From Zootoca vivipara (lineage: Eukaryota), in the NCBI RefSeq assembly GCF_963506605.1, contig NC_083282.1:95976001-96040000 (forward strand): a DNA stretch of 64,000 bases. Reading direction: 5' to 3'. Shown one piece after another: positions 1 through 12,400 of this stretch. How positions within the stretch are numbered: the stretch's first letter is position 1; each line of letters begins with the position of its first letter. The translations under genes and the position numbers were made by a program. The notes beneath the pieces were generated by a model. The model saw nothing but the letters and a program-made list of their open reading frames with translations, was not told the DNA's origin and did no database searches.

Positions 1-1467
1 GTAATAGAGGGATACAATCTATTTTGGAGAAATAGACGAAACAGGAAAGGAGGAGGGGTGGCGTTATACGTCAGGGATGTGTATACCTGTGAAGAGTTCC
101 AGGATTTAAAACTTCAAAGCCATATTGAGAGTATCTTGGTCAAAATTAAGGGAGAGAAAAATAGCAGTGATCTCATTGTGGGAGTTCACTATAGATCCCC
201 AAGCCAAACTGAGGACACAGATGAAGCCTTCCTGGAATAGATGACCAAGCATTCAAAAGGAAGTGAGATAGTATAAATGGGGGATTTCCACTATCCTGAT
301 ATTTGTTGGATGTCAAACTCAGCCAAGAGCATAAGGTCGAACAGATTCCTCACTGGCTTTGCAGACAACTTCATTGTTCAGAAAGTGGGAGAAGCAACAA
401 GAGGATCAGCCATTTTAGATCTGATCCTAACCAACACCAAAAAGAGTTAACATGGGAGCTACTTGGATAACATACGATAAGATGATATTAGAAGAGGAAG
501 GACAAACAAAGATAAAAAAATATGAAAACATAAGGGAACAACTTAACACGTGTTTGGATTATTATCAGTTGAACGAATTATTCAAAAAGGACAATCAAGT
601 AGGGTTCCAAAAGGAGAGGTCAAGATTTGAAAAAGAACTGTTGAACGGCAAAACAAAACTTATTTCCAAAATGTATAAGTTGTTATTGGATTATGAAGTA
701 ATGGATGAAACGGTCACCGCTTCTATGACCAAATGGGCACAGGACTGTGGTTATCCGATTACATGCTCGGAGTGGGAAAATTTGTGGAAAATAAATATGA
801 AATTTACCTCGAGCTATAATATAAGAGAAAACATGCTAAAGATGAACCACAGGTGGTACCTCACACCTTCCAGACTTTCTAAAATGTATAAGAACATCGC
901 AAATGTCTGCTGGAGGTGTGGGGGAAACGATGGGAACCTGTTTCATATGTGGTGGACCTGTGAGAATATCAGGAAATTTTGGGATAAAATTCATGATGAG
1001 ACCCAAAAAATTATAGGTAGGAATATCCCCAAAAGACCAGAGATCTTTCTACTAAGTATCACCTTTCAAAAAGATATTCCCATACAGGCAAAAGAACTCC
1101 TTCTATATTCATTAGCAGCGGCTCGTATTGTTATTGCCAAAGGATGGAAAGAAAAAGAAGCTCCAAGAATTATAGATTGGCAAAATAAACTTCAAGAGTT
1201 TGCCGAAATGGCACAGTTAACAAACAGTTTGAGAGGAAAGGTTAAAGAAGAATTTCTTTAAAAATGGGACAGGTACAAGAAATATGTTAGAAAATATACT
1301 GAGAACAAAATTTCTATGATAGCGTTTGAGTAAAAAAGGGAAAAATCTGTTTGGATTTGCAGAAATCAGTTTCCTTAAGAAATAGGAGTGTCAAACGATA
1401 TGTAAAAACAGAGATAGCATGGATTGAATATACACTCTGCGACAAAAAGAGGAGAGTATGCTGATGG

Positions 1468-2032
1468 TGACAGCAGTCACGAAATTAAAAGACGCCTGCT
1501 TCTTGGGAGAAAAGCAATGACAAACCTAGACAGCATCTTAAAAAGCAGAGACATCACCTTGCCGACAAAGGTCCGTATAGTTAAAGCTATGGTTTTCCCA
1601 GTAGTGATGTATGGAAGTGAGAGCTGGACCATCAAGAAGGCTGATCGCCGAAGAATTGATGCTTTTGAATTATGGTGCTGGAGGAGACTCTTGAGAGTCC
1701 CATGGACTGCAAGAAGATCAAACCTATCCATTCTGAAGGAAATCAGCCCTGAGTGCTCACTGGAAGGGCAGATTGTGAAGCTGAGGCTCCAATACTTTGG
1801 CCACTTCATGAGAAGAGAAGACTCCCTGGAAAAGACCCTGATGTTGGGAAAGATTGAGGGCACAAGGAGAAGGGGACGACAGAGGACAAGATGGTTGGAC
1901 AGTGTTCTCGAAGCTACAAACATGAGTTTGACCAAACTGCGAGAAGCAGTGGAAGACAGGAGTGCTTGGCGTGCTCTGGTCCATCGGGTCACGAAGAGTC
2001 GGACACGACTAAATGACTAAACAACAAACAAC
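1468..2032 (+). mobile_element. BovB (RTE) LINE 3' fragment with 10-bp TSD
   Basis: EIKRRLLLGRKAMTNLDSILKSRDITLPTKV...RVTKSRTRL is the BovB C-terminus. (CAA)n tail. TSD ATGCTGATGG at 1458-1467 and 2033-2042. Confidence 0.95.
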
Positions 2033-2174
2033 ATGCTGATGGAGATAACAGGAAGTCCAAAGATAAAATTTACTTTCTTTTCTTTTCTTTTTTTCTTTTC
2101 TTTTCTCCTTTCCCTTTTTTTCTCTGGGAAAGGAGGATTAGAAATACGATACGAAAAATTGTAACAAACAAACA

Positions 2175-2178
<4 letters not shown>

Positions 2179-2207
<29 letters not shown>

Positions 2208-2240
2208 GTATATGTATGTAAATGTATATGTATATGTATA
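2179..2240 (+). repeat. (TATATG)n/(TATG)n microsatellite in L1 3'UTR
   Basis: Directly visible. Confidence 0.9.
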
Positions 2241-2515
2241 CAAGCATGAAGAACAATGTTCAGGTTTGGTGATGGGAAAAAATGAATAAATATCATTAAA
2301 ACAAAAATAGACCTGATCCTAACCAATAGTGATGACCTGGTTAGTGGGGTAGAAGTGGCAGGATCATGAGGTGAGAGTGACCATGCTCTTCTTGAGTTTA
2401 TTATACAGCAGAAAGGAGCAACCAAGGATACTAAGACTCAAATTCTAGACTTTAAGAAAGCCGACTTCAGAAAACTTAGGGAAACGCTGGGTGAAATCCC
2501 ATGGACAGAAATACT

Positions 2516-3679
2516 CCAAGCACGCCTGAAAGAAGCGGACCATTTGGATGCCTTCCAATCGGGATTCAGGCCTCACCATGGGACTGAAACTGCCTTGGTC
2601 GCGCTGGTCGGTGATCTCCGGTGAGCTAGGGACAAAGGTGAGAGCTGTTTCCTAGTTCTGCTGATCTCCCAGCAGCTTTTGACACCATCGACCAATATCC
2701 TTCTGGACCATCTAGAGGGGTTGGGAGCTGGGGGCACTGTCATACAGTGGTTCTGCTCCTTCCTCCTGGGCCATGTTCAGAAAGTGGTGTTGGGGGATGA
2801 GTGTTCAGACCCCTGGGCACTCACTTGTGGGGTGCCTCATGGTTCCGTTCTCTCCCCCATGTTTTTTAATATCTATATGAAGTTGCTGGGAGAGATCATC
2901 AGGGGGTTTGGGCTGGGTGTTTATCAGTATGCAGATGACACCCAGCTCTACCTCTCTTTTAAATCAGAACCAGTGAAGGCAGTGAAAGTCCTGTGTGAGT
3001 GCCTGGAGGCGGTTGGAGGATGAGGTTGAATCCTGACAAGACAGAAGTACTGTTTTCGGGGGACAGGAGGCTGGCAGGTGTGGAGGACTCCCTGGTCCTA
3101 AATGGGGTAACTGTGCCCCTGAAGGACCAGGTGTGCAGCCTGGGAGTCATTTTGGACTCACAGCTGTCCATGGAGGCACAGGTCAATTCTGTGTCCAGGG
3201 CAGCTGTCTATCAGCTCCATCTGGTATGCAGGCTGAGACCCTACCTGCCCGCGGACTCTCTCGCCAGAGTGGTGCATGCTCGGGTTATCTCCCGCTTGGA
3301 CTACTGCAATGCGCTCTACGTGGGGCTTCCTTTGAAGGTGACCCGGAAACTGCAATTAATCCAGAATGCAGCAGCTAGACTGGTGACTGGGAGTGGCTGC
3401 CAGGACCACATAACACCGGTCCTGAGAGATATACACTGGCTCCCAGTGAGGTTACAGGGAACCAGACAGAGGGCCTTCTCGGTAGTGGCACCCGCCCTGT
3501 GGAACGCCCTCCCAGCAGATGTCAAGGCAATAAGCAACTATTTTACGTTTAGAAGACAACTGAAGGTGGCCCTGTTTAGGGAAGTTTTTAATGTTTGATG
3601 CTGTACTGTTTTTAATATTCAGTTGGAAGCCGCCCAGAGTGGCTGGGGAAACCCAGACAGATGGGCGGGGGATAAATAA

Positions 3680-3730
<51 letters not shown>
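2516..3730 (+). mobile_element. L2-clade LINE 3' part (RT) with (TTA)n tail
   Basis: GVPHGSVLSP, QYADDTQLY, LNPDKTE, SRLDYCNALY. Internal deletion at ~3447. (TTA)n at 3681-3730. Confidence 0.9.
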
Positions 3731-3732
<2 letters not shown>

Positions 3733-4136
3733 AAGGGAAGGGAGTTCATGATGGTTGGGAGTTTGTTAAAAGGGAGATATTAAAAGGACAACTTCAGGCA
3801 ATACCAATGAGACAGAAACATGGCAGGTGCCTAAAGAAGCCAGGGTGGCTATCTAAAGAACTTTTAACTGAGTTAAGATTTTAAAGGGATATGTACCAAA
3901 AATGGAAAAAGGGGGAAACCACCAGAGAGGAATTCAAACAAATAGCCAGCACGTGTAGAGACAGAGTCAGAAAAGCTAAAGCACAGAATGAACTCAGGCT
4001 TGCCAGAGAGGTTAAAAGCAACAAAAAGGGCTTTTATGGGTATGTCCATAGCAAAAGGAAGAACAAGGAAACAGTGGCGTCACTTAGAGGAGAAGATGGT
4101 GAAATGCGAACAGGGGAAAGAGAAAGGGCAGAACTC

Positions 4137-5545
4137 TGAATGGCAGAAGAAGATGATAGAATTTATGGAACTGGCAGAGCTAACCGGGAGACTCCGAGAC
4201 CAGAGGGGAAAGCGGTGGAAGAAGATTGGAAAAAATTCAAAGTGTATTTAAGGAATAAACATGTTATTGGAAAGAATTAATAGAAGTTTAGGAGGTACAG
4301 GGAGGTTGTAGAAATAAAAAATGTTTAGATAAATATTGATATTGAGGTGTAGTTATAAATAAGCAGTATGTGTGAGATTTTTTATGATATAAGATATAAG
4401 GTATAAGGTATAAGATTAAGATTTAGAAATTACTACAGAGGATTTACAATGTAACGCCGTTGGAAGTAGAAATAAGCTGGAATTTTGCTATAAGAAGCTG
4501 ATGATCTAAGCCACAGTCAGTTCCAGGTCTTGTTCTTGCTGACTGTATAGAGCTTCTCCATCTTTCCAGAGGTAGGGGATGTTTTAACCCATGTTGATGG
4601 CCTTTCAGCTGATTTCCTGGTGGCCCGCTGGAATGTGGAGTTAACAAGGGCTATTGACTGTTTGGCTCTGAAGTGCCCCCTCTGATTGAATAAAAGCTGG
4701 ACAGCTCCATGGTTTCCCCCAAAGCTGAGTCGATGAAACAAGTTGCTGAGACGGCTAGAGCACCAGTGGCAGAAAACTCATTCTGAATTGGACAGGACAT
4801 GGGTTAGAGCTCGATGTCAAGCCTACCAAGTGGCGATAGTGATGGCGAAGAGGACCTTCTTCACTGCCTCTATTGCAGAAAACAGTAGCAGGGGACTCTT
4901 TCAGGAGGTTCGCAATCTAAAAACCACCTTCGCCATTGGGGCCTGGGAAGGACCCAATATCCCGTCTAGTCCAGTTGCATGGGATAAAATCCAATCTGTT
5001 ACCTCTGAGGATGTGGACAGGCTGTTTGAATGAGTGAAATCGACCACCTGTCTCCTTGATCCTTGCCCATTTGGGAAGGGCTGGGCGGCGGGCTCTGTGG
5101 GGTGGTGAATGCATCCCCCTGTGAGTGAGCCTTCCCAGACCCACTGAAAGAGGCGGTTACTAAACCGCTTCTTAAAAAACCATATTTTGACCCGGCTAAT
5201 ATGGCCAACTATCACCCAGTCTAAAATCTTCCATTCTTGGGCAGGGTGATTGAGTGGGTGGCTGGCTGCTGAGCAACTCCAGGCATGCTCCCATCATTCA
5301 GCCCAGACACTGAGGTCCAGCTCCGAGGGTCTTCTGGCGGTTCCCTCACTGCGTGAAATGAGATGACAGGGAATCAGGCAAAAGGTCTTCACGGTAGTGG
5401 TGCCCTCCCTGTGGAATGCCCTCCCATCAGAGTCAAGGAGATAAAGAACTATGTGACTTTTTAGAAGACATCTGAAGGCAGCCCTATTTAGGGAAGTTTT
5501 TAATGTTTTATCGTGTTTTTAATATTTTGTTGGAAGCAGCCCAAC
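4137..5545. mobile_element. Mixed degraded LINE fragments: L1 3' end (4137-4460, +), BovB endonuclease fragment (4470-4562, -), L2 fragments (4563-5545, +)
   Basis: EWQKKMIEFMELAELT (L1); RWRSSIQSARTRPGTDCGLDHQLLIAKF (BovB); L2 3' end similar to 3450-3640. Confidence 0.7.
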
Positions 5546-5550
5546 AAATA

Positions 5551-5964
5551 TACCATATATACTCGAGTATAAGTCTACTTTTTCAGCACCAAAAATGTGC
5601 TGAAAAAGCCGCCCTCGGCTTGTATTCGAGTGAGGCGGAGAAAGGCATAGGACTGGGGGTTCAGAGAAGCGCTGCGCTGCAACTCTCCGAACCCCTGTCC
5701 TATGCCTGCTCTGTGCGAGGCAGCGGGGAGGGAGAAGCAGCGAGGAAGGGATCCTTCCTCGCCGCTTCTCCCCCCCACCCTGCTGCCGACAGCTGGGAAA
5801 GGCATAGGATGGTATTTATTTTTATTTTTGAAATTTACCAGTAGCTGCTGCATTTCCCACCCAGGGCTTATACTTGAGTCAATAAGTTTTCCCAGGTTTT
5901 TTTGAGGTAAAATTAGGTGCCTCAGCTTATATTCGGGTCGGGTTATACTCAAGTATATACGGGT
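5551..5964. mobile_element. Tc1/mariner (Tc2/Tigger-like) MITE
   Basis: Imperfect terminal inverted repeats TACCATATATACTCGAGTATAAG / TTATACTCAAGTATATACGGGTA, TA-flanked. Confidence 0.7.
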
Positions 5965-5969
5965 ATATA

Positions 5970-6430
5970 TGAGATGTTGACAAGCTAGAATGTGTGCAAA
6001 GGAGGGCAATCAAGATTATCAAGGGTCTGGAAACCAAGCATTATGAGGAAGAGTTGAAGGAGTTGCTTATGCTTAGCCTGGAAAAGAGGAGAATGAGACG
6101 AGATACGATAGCCATCTTCAAATATCTCAAGGACTGTCACGTGGAAGAGGGAGCAAGCTTGTTTTCTCCTGCTCTGCAGGGTAGGACTTGAACCCATGGC
6201 TTCAAGTTACAAGAAAGGAGACTGCAACTCAACACCAGGAAGAACTTTCTGACAGTAAGAGCTGTTTGACAGTGAAATGGATTCCTTCAGAAAGTGGAGG
6301 ACTCTCCTTCCTTGGAGGTTTTTAAGCAGAGGTTGGATGGTCATGTCATGGGAACTTTAGTTGCGTTTCCTGCATTGCATGGGGCTGGACTAGATGACCC
6401 TTGGGGTCCCTTCCAACTCTTATGATTTCA
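5970..6430 (+). mobile_element. Older CR1 3' end
   Basis: QRRAIKIIKGLE...YEEELKEL...SLEKRR; CR1 3'UTR GGACTAGATGACC...TTCCAACTC. Confidence 0.85.
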
Positions 6431-6599
6431 TGTTGCTTCTCACTTGCCTTTTTTCTAAACCGATAAGTCCCAAATGCTGCAGCCTTTGTTCATGGGGTGC
6501 CACTCTATCCCCCCACTTAATCATTTGGGTTGCCCTTTCTGAACCTTTTCCAGCCCAACAATATCCTTGCGAGGGGAGAGGCTGGGGGAACCCAGCAAT

Positions 6600-7245
6600 T
6601 ATTATTATAGGTTATGATCAGATGGGCCAGAGATATAGGCCATACAATCCAGTTGGAACAATGGGAGAATTTATGGAGACACAACTTTAAATTTACAGCA
6701 TGCTCCATAATTAGAGAAAACTTAATGAAAATGATAAACCAATGGTATTTAACCCTGATTAAACTGGCTAAAACAGGGGTCAGCAAACTTTTTCAGCAGG
6801 GGGCCGGTCCACTGTCCCTCAGACCTTATGGGGGGCCGGACTATATTTTGAAAACAAATATGAACGAATTCCTATGCCCCACAAATAACCCAGAGATGCA
6901 TTTTAAATAAAAGGATACATTCTACTCATGTAGAAACATGCTGATTCCCGGACCGTCCACAGGCCGGATTTAGAAGGCGATTGGGCCGCATCCAGCCCCT
7001 GGGCCTTAGTTTGGGGACCCCTGGGTTGGAATATATAAATCAAAAACCAATGTGTGTTGGAGATGCGAAAAAGACATCGGAACAATGTATCATATGTGGT
7101 GGGAATGTGTACATATTTTAAAAATTTGGACCACTATGCAAGAGGATCTTTTAAAAATGCTTAAAATGCCGTGCAATAAAAAACCTGAAGTGTTCCTCTT
7201 GGGAATAATAACAAATGACATTCCTGCGACCAAGAGAAAAGTATT
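6600..7245 (+). mobile_element. L1 ORF2 C-terminal fragment interrupted by a hAT MITE
   Basis: MIRWARDIGHTIQLEQWENLW...WYLT continues after the MITE as CWRCEKDIGTMYHMWWEC. Confidence 0.8.
6774..7023. mobile_element. hAT-Charlie-type non-autonomous element
   Basis: TIRs CAGGGGTCAGCAAACT / AGTTTGGGGACCCCTG. Confidence 0.8.
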
Positions 7246-8312
7246 CTTAAGCTTGGTAATGAGTTGCAATTCAGCAACTTCTCTTTCCAGTCTGTTTCTG
7301 AATTTTTTCTGTAATAAGACAGCTACTTTGAGATCTTGTATAGAATGTCCTGGGAGATTGAAGTGTTCTCCTACTGGTTTTTCAGTCTTATGGTTCCTGA
7401 TGTCAGATTTATGTCCATTTATCCTTTGGCGTAGGGTTTGGCCTGTTTGTCCAATATAGAGAGCTGAAGGGCACTGATGGCATTTGATGGCATACACAAT
7501 GTTAGAAGATGAGCAATTACAGTGGTACCTCGACTAACGAATAACCCTACTTACGAAAAATTCTACTTACGAACGATACAAATTGGGGCCCGCCTACAAT
7601 TTTTTTCAACATCCGAAGGCCGGATCGGGCCCCGCCGCCTCCACTAGCAGCCTCCCGCCGCCTTGGGCGCTCGGCTCACAACCTGATCGGGCCCCACCGC
7701 TGCTGCTAGCGGCCTCCGGCGCTCGGCCCATGGCCGGATCGGGCCCTGCTGCCGCCACTAGCGGCCTCCGGCGCTCGGCCCATGGCTGGATCGGGCCCTG
7801 CCGCCACCACTAGCGGTCTCCTGGCGCTTGGCCTACGGCTGGATCGGGTCCCGCCGCTGCCACTAGCCGGCCTCCCGCCAGATCGCCGCCTCCCCCACTC
7901 GGCCTACGGCCGGATCAGGCCCCCACCGCCACCACTAACCTGCCGCCTTGCCGCCACCCACCTGCGCAGTTTGCATGCCTTTAAAGTCTCTTTTAAAGGG
8001 TCTTTTTCCTAGGCTCTGGAACGAATTAATCCATTCCCAATGCATTCCTATGGGAAACATCGTTTCGACTTACGAATCTTTCTACTTACGAATGTGCATT
8101 TGGAACGGATTGAATTCATAAGAAGAGGTTCCACTGTAAACAGCCCTGAGATGGTATGTTGGATGTTGTTGGGGCCAGTAATGGTATCTGGGTGTATGTG
8201 GGAGCAAAGTTGGCATCTGGGTTTATTGTAGTCTCTGGTACCAGTCTGGTGGTGGTATTATTGTGGGTGAGGAGTTAAGATTGGGTGGCTGTAGGCAATA
8301 AAAGGTCTTCCT
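7246..8312 (-). mobile_element. Penelope-like element fragment (GIY-YIG endonuclease) split by a Tigger-like MITE
   Basis: YAIKCHQCPSALYIGQTGQTLRQRINGH...VGEHFNLPGHS. The upstream Cys-rich linker continues at 8139-8312. Confidence 0.85.
7520..8136. mobile_element. Tigger-like MITE with internal GC-rich minisatellite
   Basis: TA|CAGTGGTACCTC ... GAGGTTCCACTG|TA. Degenerate ~55-bp tandem units GGCCGGATCGGGCCC...CCACTAGCGGCCTCC at 7618-7940. Confidence 0.8.
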
Positions 8313-8399
8313 CTAGCATATGTTCAACACAAAAAACAGCGACAATCTGTTACTGACAAAGGACAGCAGGACACAGAAAGGGCCCCATTCCCTTCAGGA

Positions 8400-9450
8400 G
8401 CTGAGGGCCGCATTCAACCTCAATCCGGCCCTCGTCGGGCCCCAAGGTGCAGAACCAGACCGGCCCCCTCTTCCGCTTCAACTTTCCCCAGGCGAAGGCG
8501 CCTCCCTCCCCTCCGCTGCAACGGAGCCCAGACTCCGGTCCCCGCCCCGCCCCGGAGGCGCCGCGAGCCGGCGAGCGAGGGGCGCCCCCCAGCGGCGAAG
8601 GAGAGCGCGGGCGCCCTTCCCCTTTCCCCTCGCCTCCAGGCCGCCGCCGCCTTGTGGTCGCGGGGAGAGCAGCGCCGGGAGAGCGAGCTCAGGCGCTGGG
8701 CACGTGTGGCGCCTGCGCAGTGCCGCTGGGAGCCGCGTGCCGGGCAGGCGAGCTGGGCGGGGCCGGAGCCGAGCCGCCGCGTTTCCCGCGCAGTTGCGCT
8801 GAGGGAGCGGACGCGAAGCAGCATCGGCAGCCTCGGAGGAGGAGGAGGAAGCCTCGCCAGCCTCGCCTCCGCTCGGGTCCCGCCATGGCTTCGTCGGCCA
8901 GGGCTCTCCGGCCCCGCCGCTCGGCCCCCGCGCAGTGAGTCCTGGAGGGCCGGCCGGGCGGGCTTTCCTGGGCCGGGCGAGGGCGGCGTCTGGACCGCGC
9001 TGGGCTGAGCTCCCTCTTGGTCCGCAGGGCGACCGGCAGCGACGACTCGGTGGCCTCCGATTCCGGCGGCAGCGCCTTCGAGGAAACCCTTCGCGGCAAG
9101 GCCGGCAAGCGGCAGGTAGGCGCCGCCCGCCCCGAGGGAGGGCCGGAGGGAGGGCGCTGGCCGGGGTTGTTGCTTCGTGGGGCGGCTGGGGCTCCCTGGC
9201 TTCCTCCCCCTCTCTCTCCGTCCCCCTCAGGCGACGAGGCGAAGGGCGGCCCCGAAGGACCCTCTGCCGGCCCGCGCGGAGCAAAGCGGCCTCTTCCAGG
9301 CGGTGAAGGCGGGCAGGAGCGCCGCGCAGGTGAAGGGGCGGGGATTGGGGGCGGGGGGCGGGGCTGCCTCTGAGCGCAGGAGCCGCTCGGAGAAGGCCCT
9401 GCTCTGGGCTCCAGTCTGGGCAGAGAGCGGGGAGGGCCCAGCGCGGAGAA
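8400..9450 (+). promoter_or_regulatory. STAG3 CpG-island promoter with E-box (8701-8706), NRF1-like (8711-8719) and E2F/E2F6 (8782-8789) motifs
   Basis: Very high CpG density around Kozak ATG GCCATGG at 8885; motifs CACGTG, GCCTGCGCA, TTTCCCGC. Confidence 0.7.
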
Positions 9451-12400
9451 GGCACCACCCCTTCTGGACCCCAAGGAGCTGCTTGATTCCATGGGATGCA
9501 GGTTGGGAGCAGCCTGGGAGTGCCAGCAGGAGGAGCCGTCCCCAGGGGAGCAGAAGGGGAGTCCCAGGAAGACCAAGCTCACTTTCCCAGAAGCAGTGAA
9601 ATGTGGGGGTGGCTCATCCTCCTTGCAGGTCTTGGGGTTCCAGTGGAGAAGCAGGGTGGGGGTGGGGTGTCTTCCACACATGTGGGATTTTACAAAGGAG
9701 CCAGTGAAAAGTTTCTGGCCACCTGGCCTACAGTAAAAAATTAGTTGAGGAGCAAACTGGAAGATTAGCACGGAAAGGGGGGCTTTTGAAGGAGAGGAAA
9801 AGATGTGCCTCCACCTCTGTCCTGTGTGCTGGAATGGGATAGCTGGCATGGTGGGCTGCAATGGAGCAAGGGTTGGGTTTTTGAAAGGAGACTTGGGGCA
9901 GATGAGAGTGGCAGGGTTGGCTGGAGAAAGATAAGGAGCAGGGATATGCTGGAGGGAAAGGACAGAGGAATGTGGCTTAGGGGAAACTCAAATCCTCTAG
10001 TATGCTTGTGCTGTTGTGGGTCTCACTTCAATCTCTTGTTTCTGTGTGTGTGTCCTTGCCCTGCTCCTTTTGCCTATTGCCATCCTCTGTCAACTGTCAC
10101 AGTCTGTAGTTGATGATTGGCTTGAGAGTTACAAGAAAGACAGGGAATCTGGGTTCCTGGAGCTCTTCAACTTCATTGTCCACTCCTGTGGTTGTAAAGG
10201 TGAGTTTAGAGTGGAGTGTTGTGCTTCTGCGTACTCTTGCAAAAGCCACCCTTCTTCCAGTTGCATGCTTGCCCTGCAGTGATGTGAGGCTGGACTGGCG
10301 CTCTCCTCCCTCTCTCTCCCCTTTCTCTTCCCTCCGCGGCCCTGCAGGTGTAGTGACCCTGGAGATGCTGAGAGGCCTTCAGAACTCGGAGATCATCCAG
10401 CAACTGACAGAATCATTTGATGAGGTGAGAACTAAAGGAAGGGGGTGTTTCTGGGGAGTTTAAATCTAAAAAGTCACCTTGGAAGGAGGGTAGCAGAGAC
10501 AAATGGTGGACTCAGACAAATCTTTTCCCAGGGCTCAGCAGAGTACCCGCTGTTGTTGAACACCCCAGTCTGGCGGCGGTTTCGGCAGGGGTTCTGTGAG
10601 CTGTTGGCGGTTCTTGTGCACCGTACACAACATGCTGTTCTCTATGATGAGTATTTGATGGGTAGCCTCATCGCCCTGCTTACTGGCATGTCTGACTCCC
10701 AGGTTCGTGCTTTCCGCCACACGAGCACCTTGGCAGGTAGGAGAGTAGTCTGGGTTTGGGTGAGCAGATGGATGCATCCCTTTCTGAGAGGAGCTGAGAA
10801 ATGCCATGCTATGCTTCGTCTTTTTCTGTAGCCATGAAACTAATGACAGGTTTGGTGCGTGTAGCTCTGAGTGTCAGCCTGCAGAAGGACAACAGTCAGC
10901 GCCAGTATGAGGCTGAGCAGGCCAAGGGATCAAGCTGCCGGGCTCTGGAGAAGCTGGAAGGGCTGCTGGAACAACACAGAGAGGTGAAGGTGGCAGGGTT
11001 GCAGCACAAGGTGGCATGGGGTGGGGTGGGAGAGCAGGCAAATATGACCTCATGGAAATTATTGAAATCTTGTAGAATGAGACTCATAACTTAACGTCAT
11101 CCACCTGTCTCGGGAGACAGTGGAGAAGGGCATCTTTGGAGGTGGGGTAAACTGTTGGAAGGTTACAGCACCAGTTCTGGCTGTAGAGTCCAATACAAAA
11201 GAGATGTGTTTTGTTGCAGCCGGGGCAGATGAAGGCATCTGGTTGTGCTGCTGCGGATGCACTATGGTGTTTCTTCTCTCTCTGCTCCTTTCAGCGGTCA
11301 TCCCTCTTCTGGTCACTGCTATGGATGCAGGACCTGTCTGTCTCCAGGCATTGTGGTCATCTGCAAAGGATTCCCACAGGGTGGTGTTGATGTTGATGTT
11401 TCCAGACTTTATGTCATGTTTGCAGACATTTTTGTAGCACAGAATTGGTCTGCCAGTGGGTCTGGTGGGCCTCACTATACGCCACCTTCGTAGATCTAAA
11501 AGCAGCCTTCGACACAGTCCCTAGAACTAATAATAATGTTAAATTATTATTTATACCCCGCCCTCCCCAGTTAAAACCGGGCTCAGGGCGGCTAACACCA
11601 ATAAAATTACAATAAGACATTAAAAAAACAATTAAAATACAGATTAAAATACAATATTAAAATTTAAAATGCAGCCTCATTTTAAGTAGTCCATAAATCC
11701 AAACCATAAGGGAGGAAAACACAGGGGTCAGACTGAATCCAACCCTAAGGCCAGGCAGAACAGCTCTGTCTTGCAGGCCCTGCGGAAAGATGAGAAATCC
11801 TGCAGGGCCCTGGTCTCCTGTGAAAGAGTGTTCCACCAAGTTGGAGCCAATACTGAAAAGGCCCTGGCCCTAGTTGAGGCCAATCTAGCCACCTTATGGC
11901 TCGGGATCTCCAGAATATTGTTTGTGGACCTTAAGGTCCTCCGCGGGGCATACTAGGAGAAGCAGTCCTGTAGGTACGAGGGTCCCAAGCTGCATAGGGC
12001 TTTAAAGGTCAAAACCAGCACCTTAAACCCGATCTTGTACTCCACCTGGAGCCATTGCAGCTGGTAAAGCACTGGATGAATGTGATCCTGTGGCCGGGAC
12101 CCCGTAAGGAGCCTCACCGCGGCATTCTGCACCCGCTGGAGTTTCTGGGTCATTTTCAAGGGCAGCCCCGCGTAGAGCGAGTTACAATAATCAAGCCTGG
12201 AGGTGACCGTCGCATGGACCACTGTGGCCAGATCAGGGCGAGAGAGGTAAGGGACCAACTGCTTGATACGGCGGAGATGGAAAAATGCCACCTTAGTTGT
12301 GGCTGCAGCCTACGCCTCCATGGAAAGAGAGGCATTGAAGGTTACACCTAGACTCTTGACAGAAGGCGCTGGCACTAATTGAGCCCCTGCAAGAGATGGG

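Larger units (their letters stand above)
435..2307 (+). mobile_element. 5'-truncated L1-clade LINE (ORF2 C-terminus, 3'UTR, A-rich tail) with 19-bp TSD
   Basis: ORF 452-1261 has the L1/Tx1 C-terminal motif CWRC...HMWWTC. AATAAA at ~2285 is followed by an A-rich tail. TSD TAGA[T/C]CTGATCCTAACCAA at 416-434 and 2308-2326. Confidence 0.85.
1..4136 (+). mobile_element. CR1 LINE ORF2 fragment (endonuclease and linker) split into three pieces (1-434, 2308-2515, 3730-4136) by younger insertions
   Basis: Translations ALYVRD...[26 protein letters not shown]. From ~145 onward the pieces are collinear and near-identical with the CR1 at 16255-17140. In-frame stops are present. Confidence 0.9.

Noticed and set aside
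7618-7940. Regularly spaced repeats resembling a CRISPR array
   Set aside because: Eukaryotic degenerate minisatellite without unique spacers, inside a MITE.
8320-9861. Long overlapping ORFs (326 aa, 390 aa) on both strands
   Set aside because: Stop-poor CpG island. Low-complexity P/R/G/A translations, explained by the STAG3 promoter and first exons.
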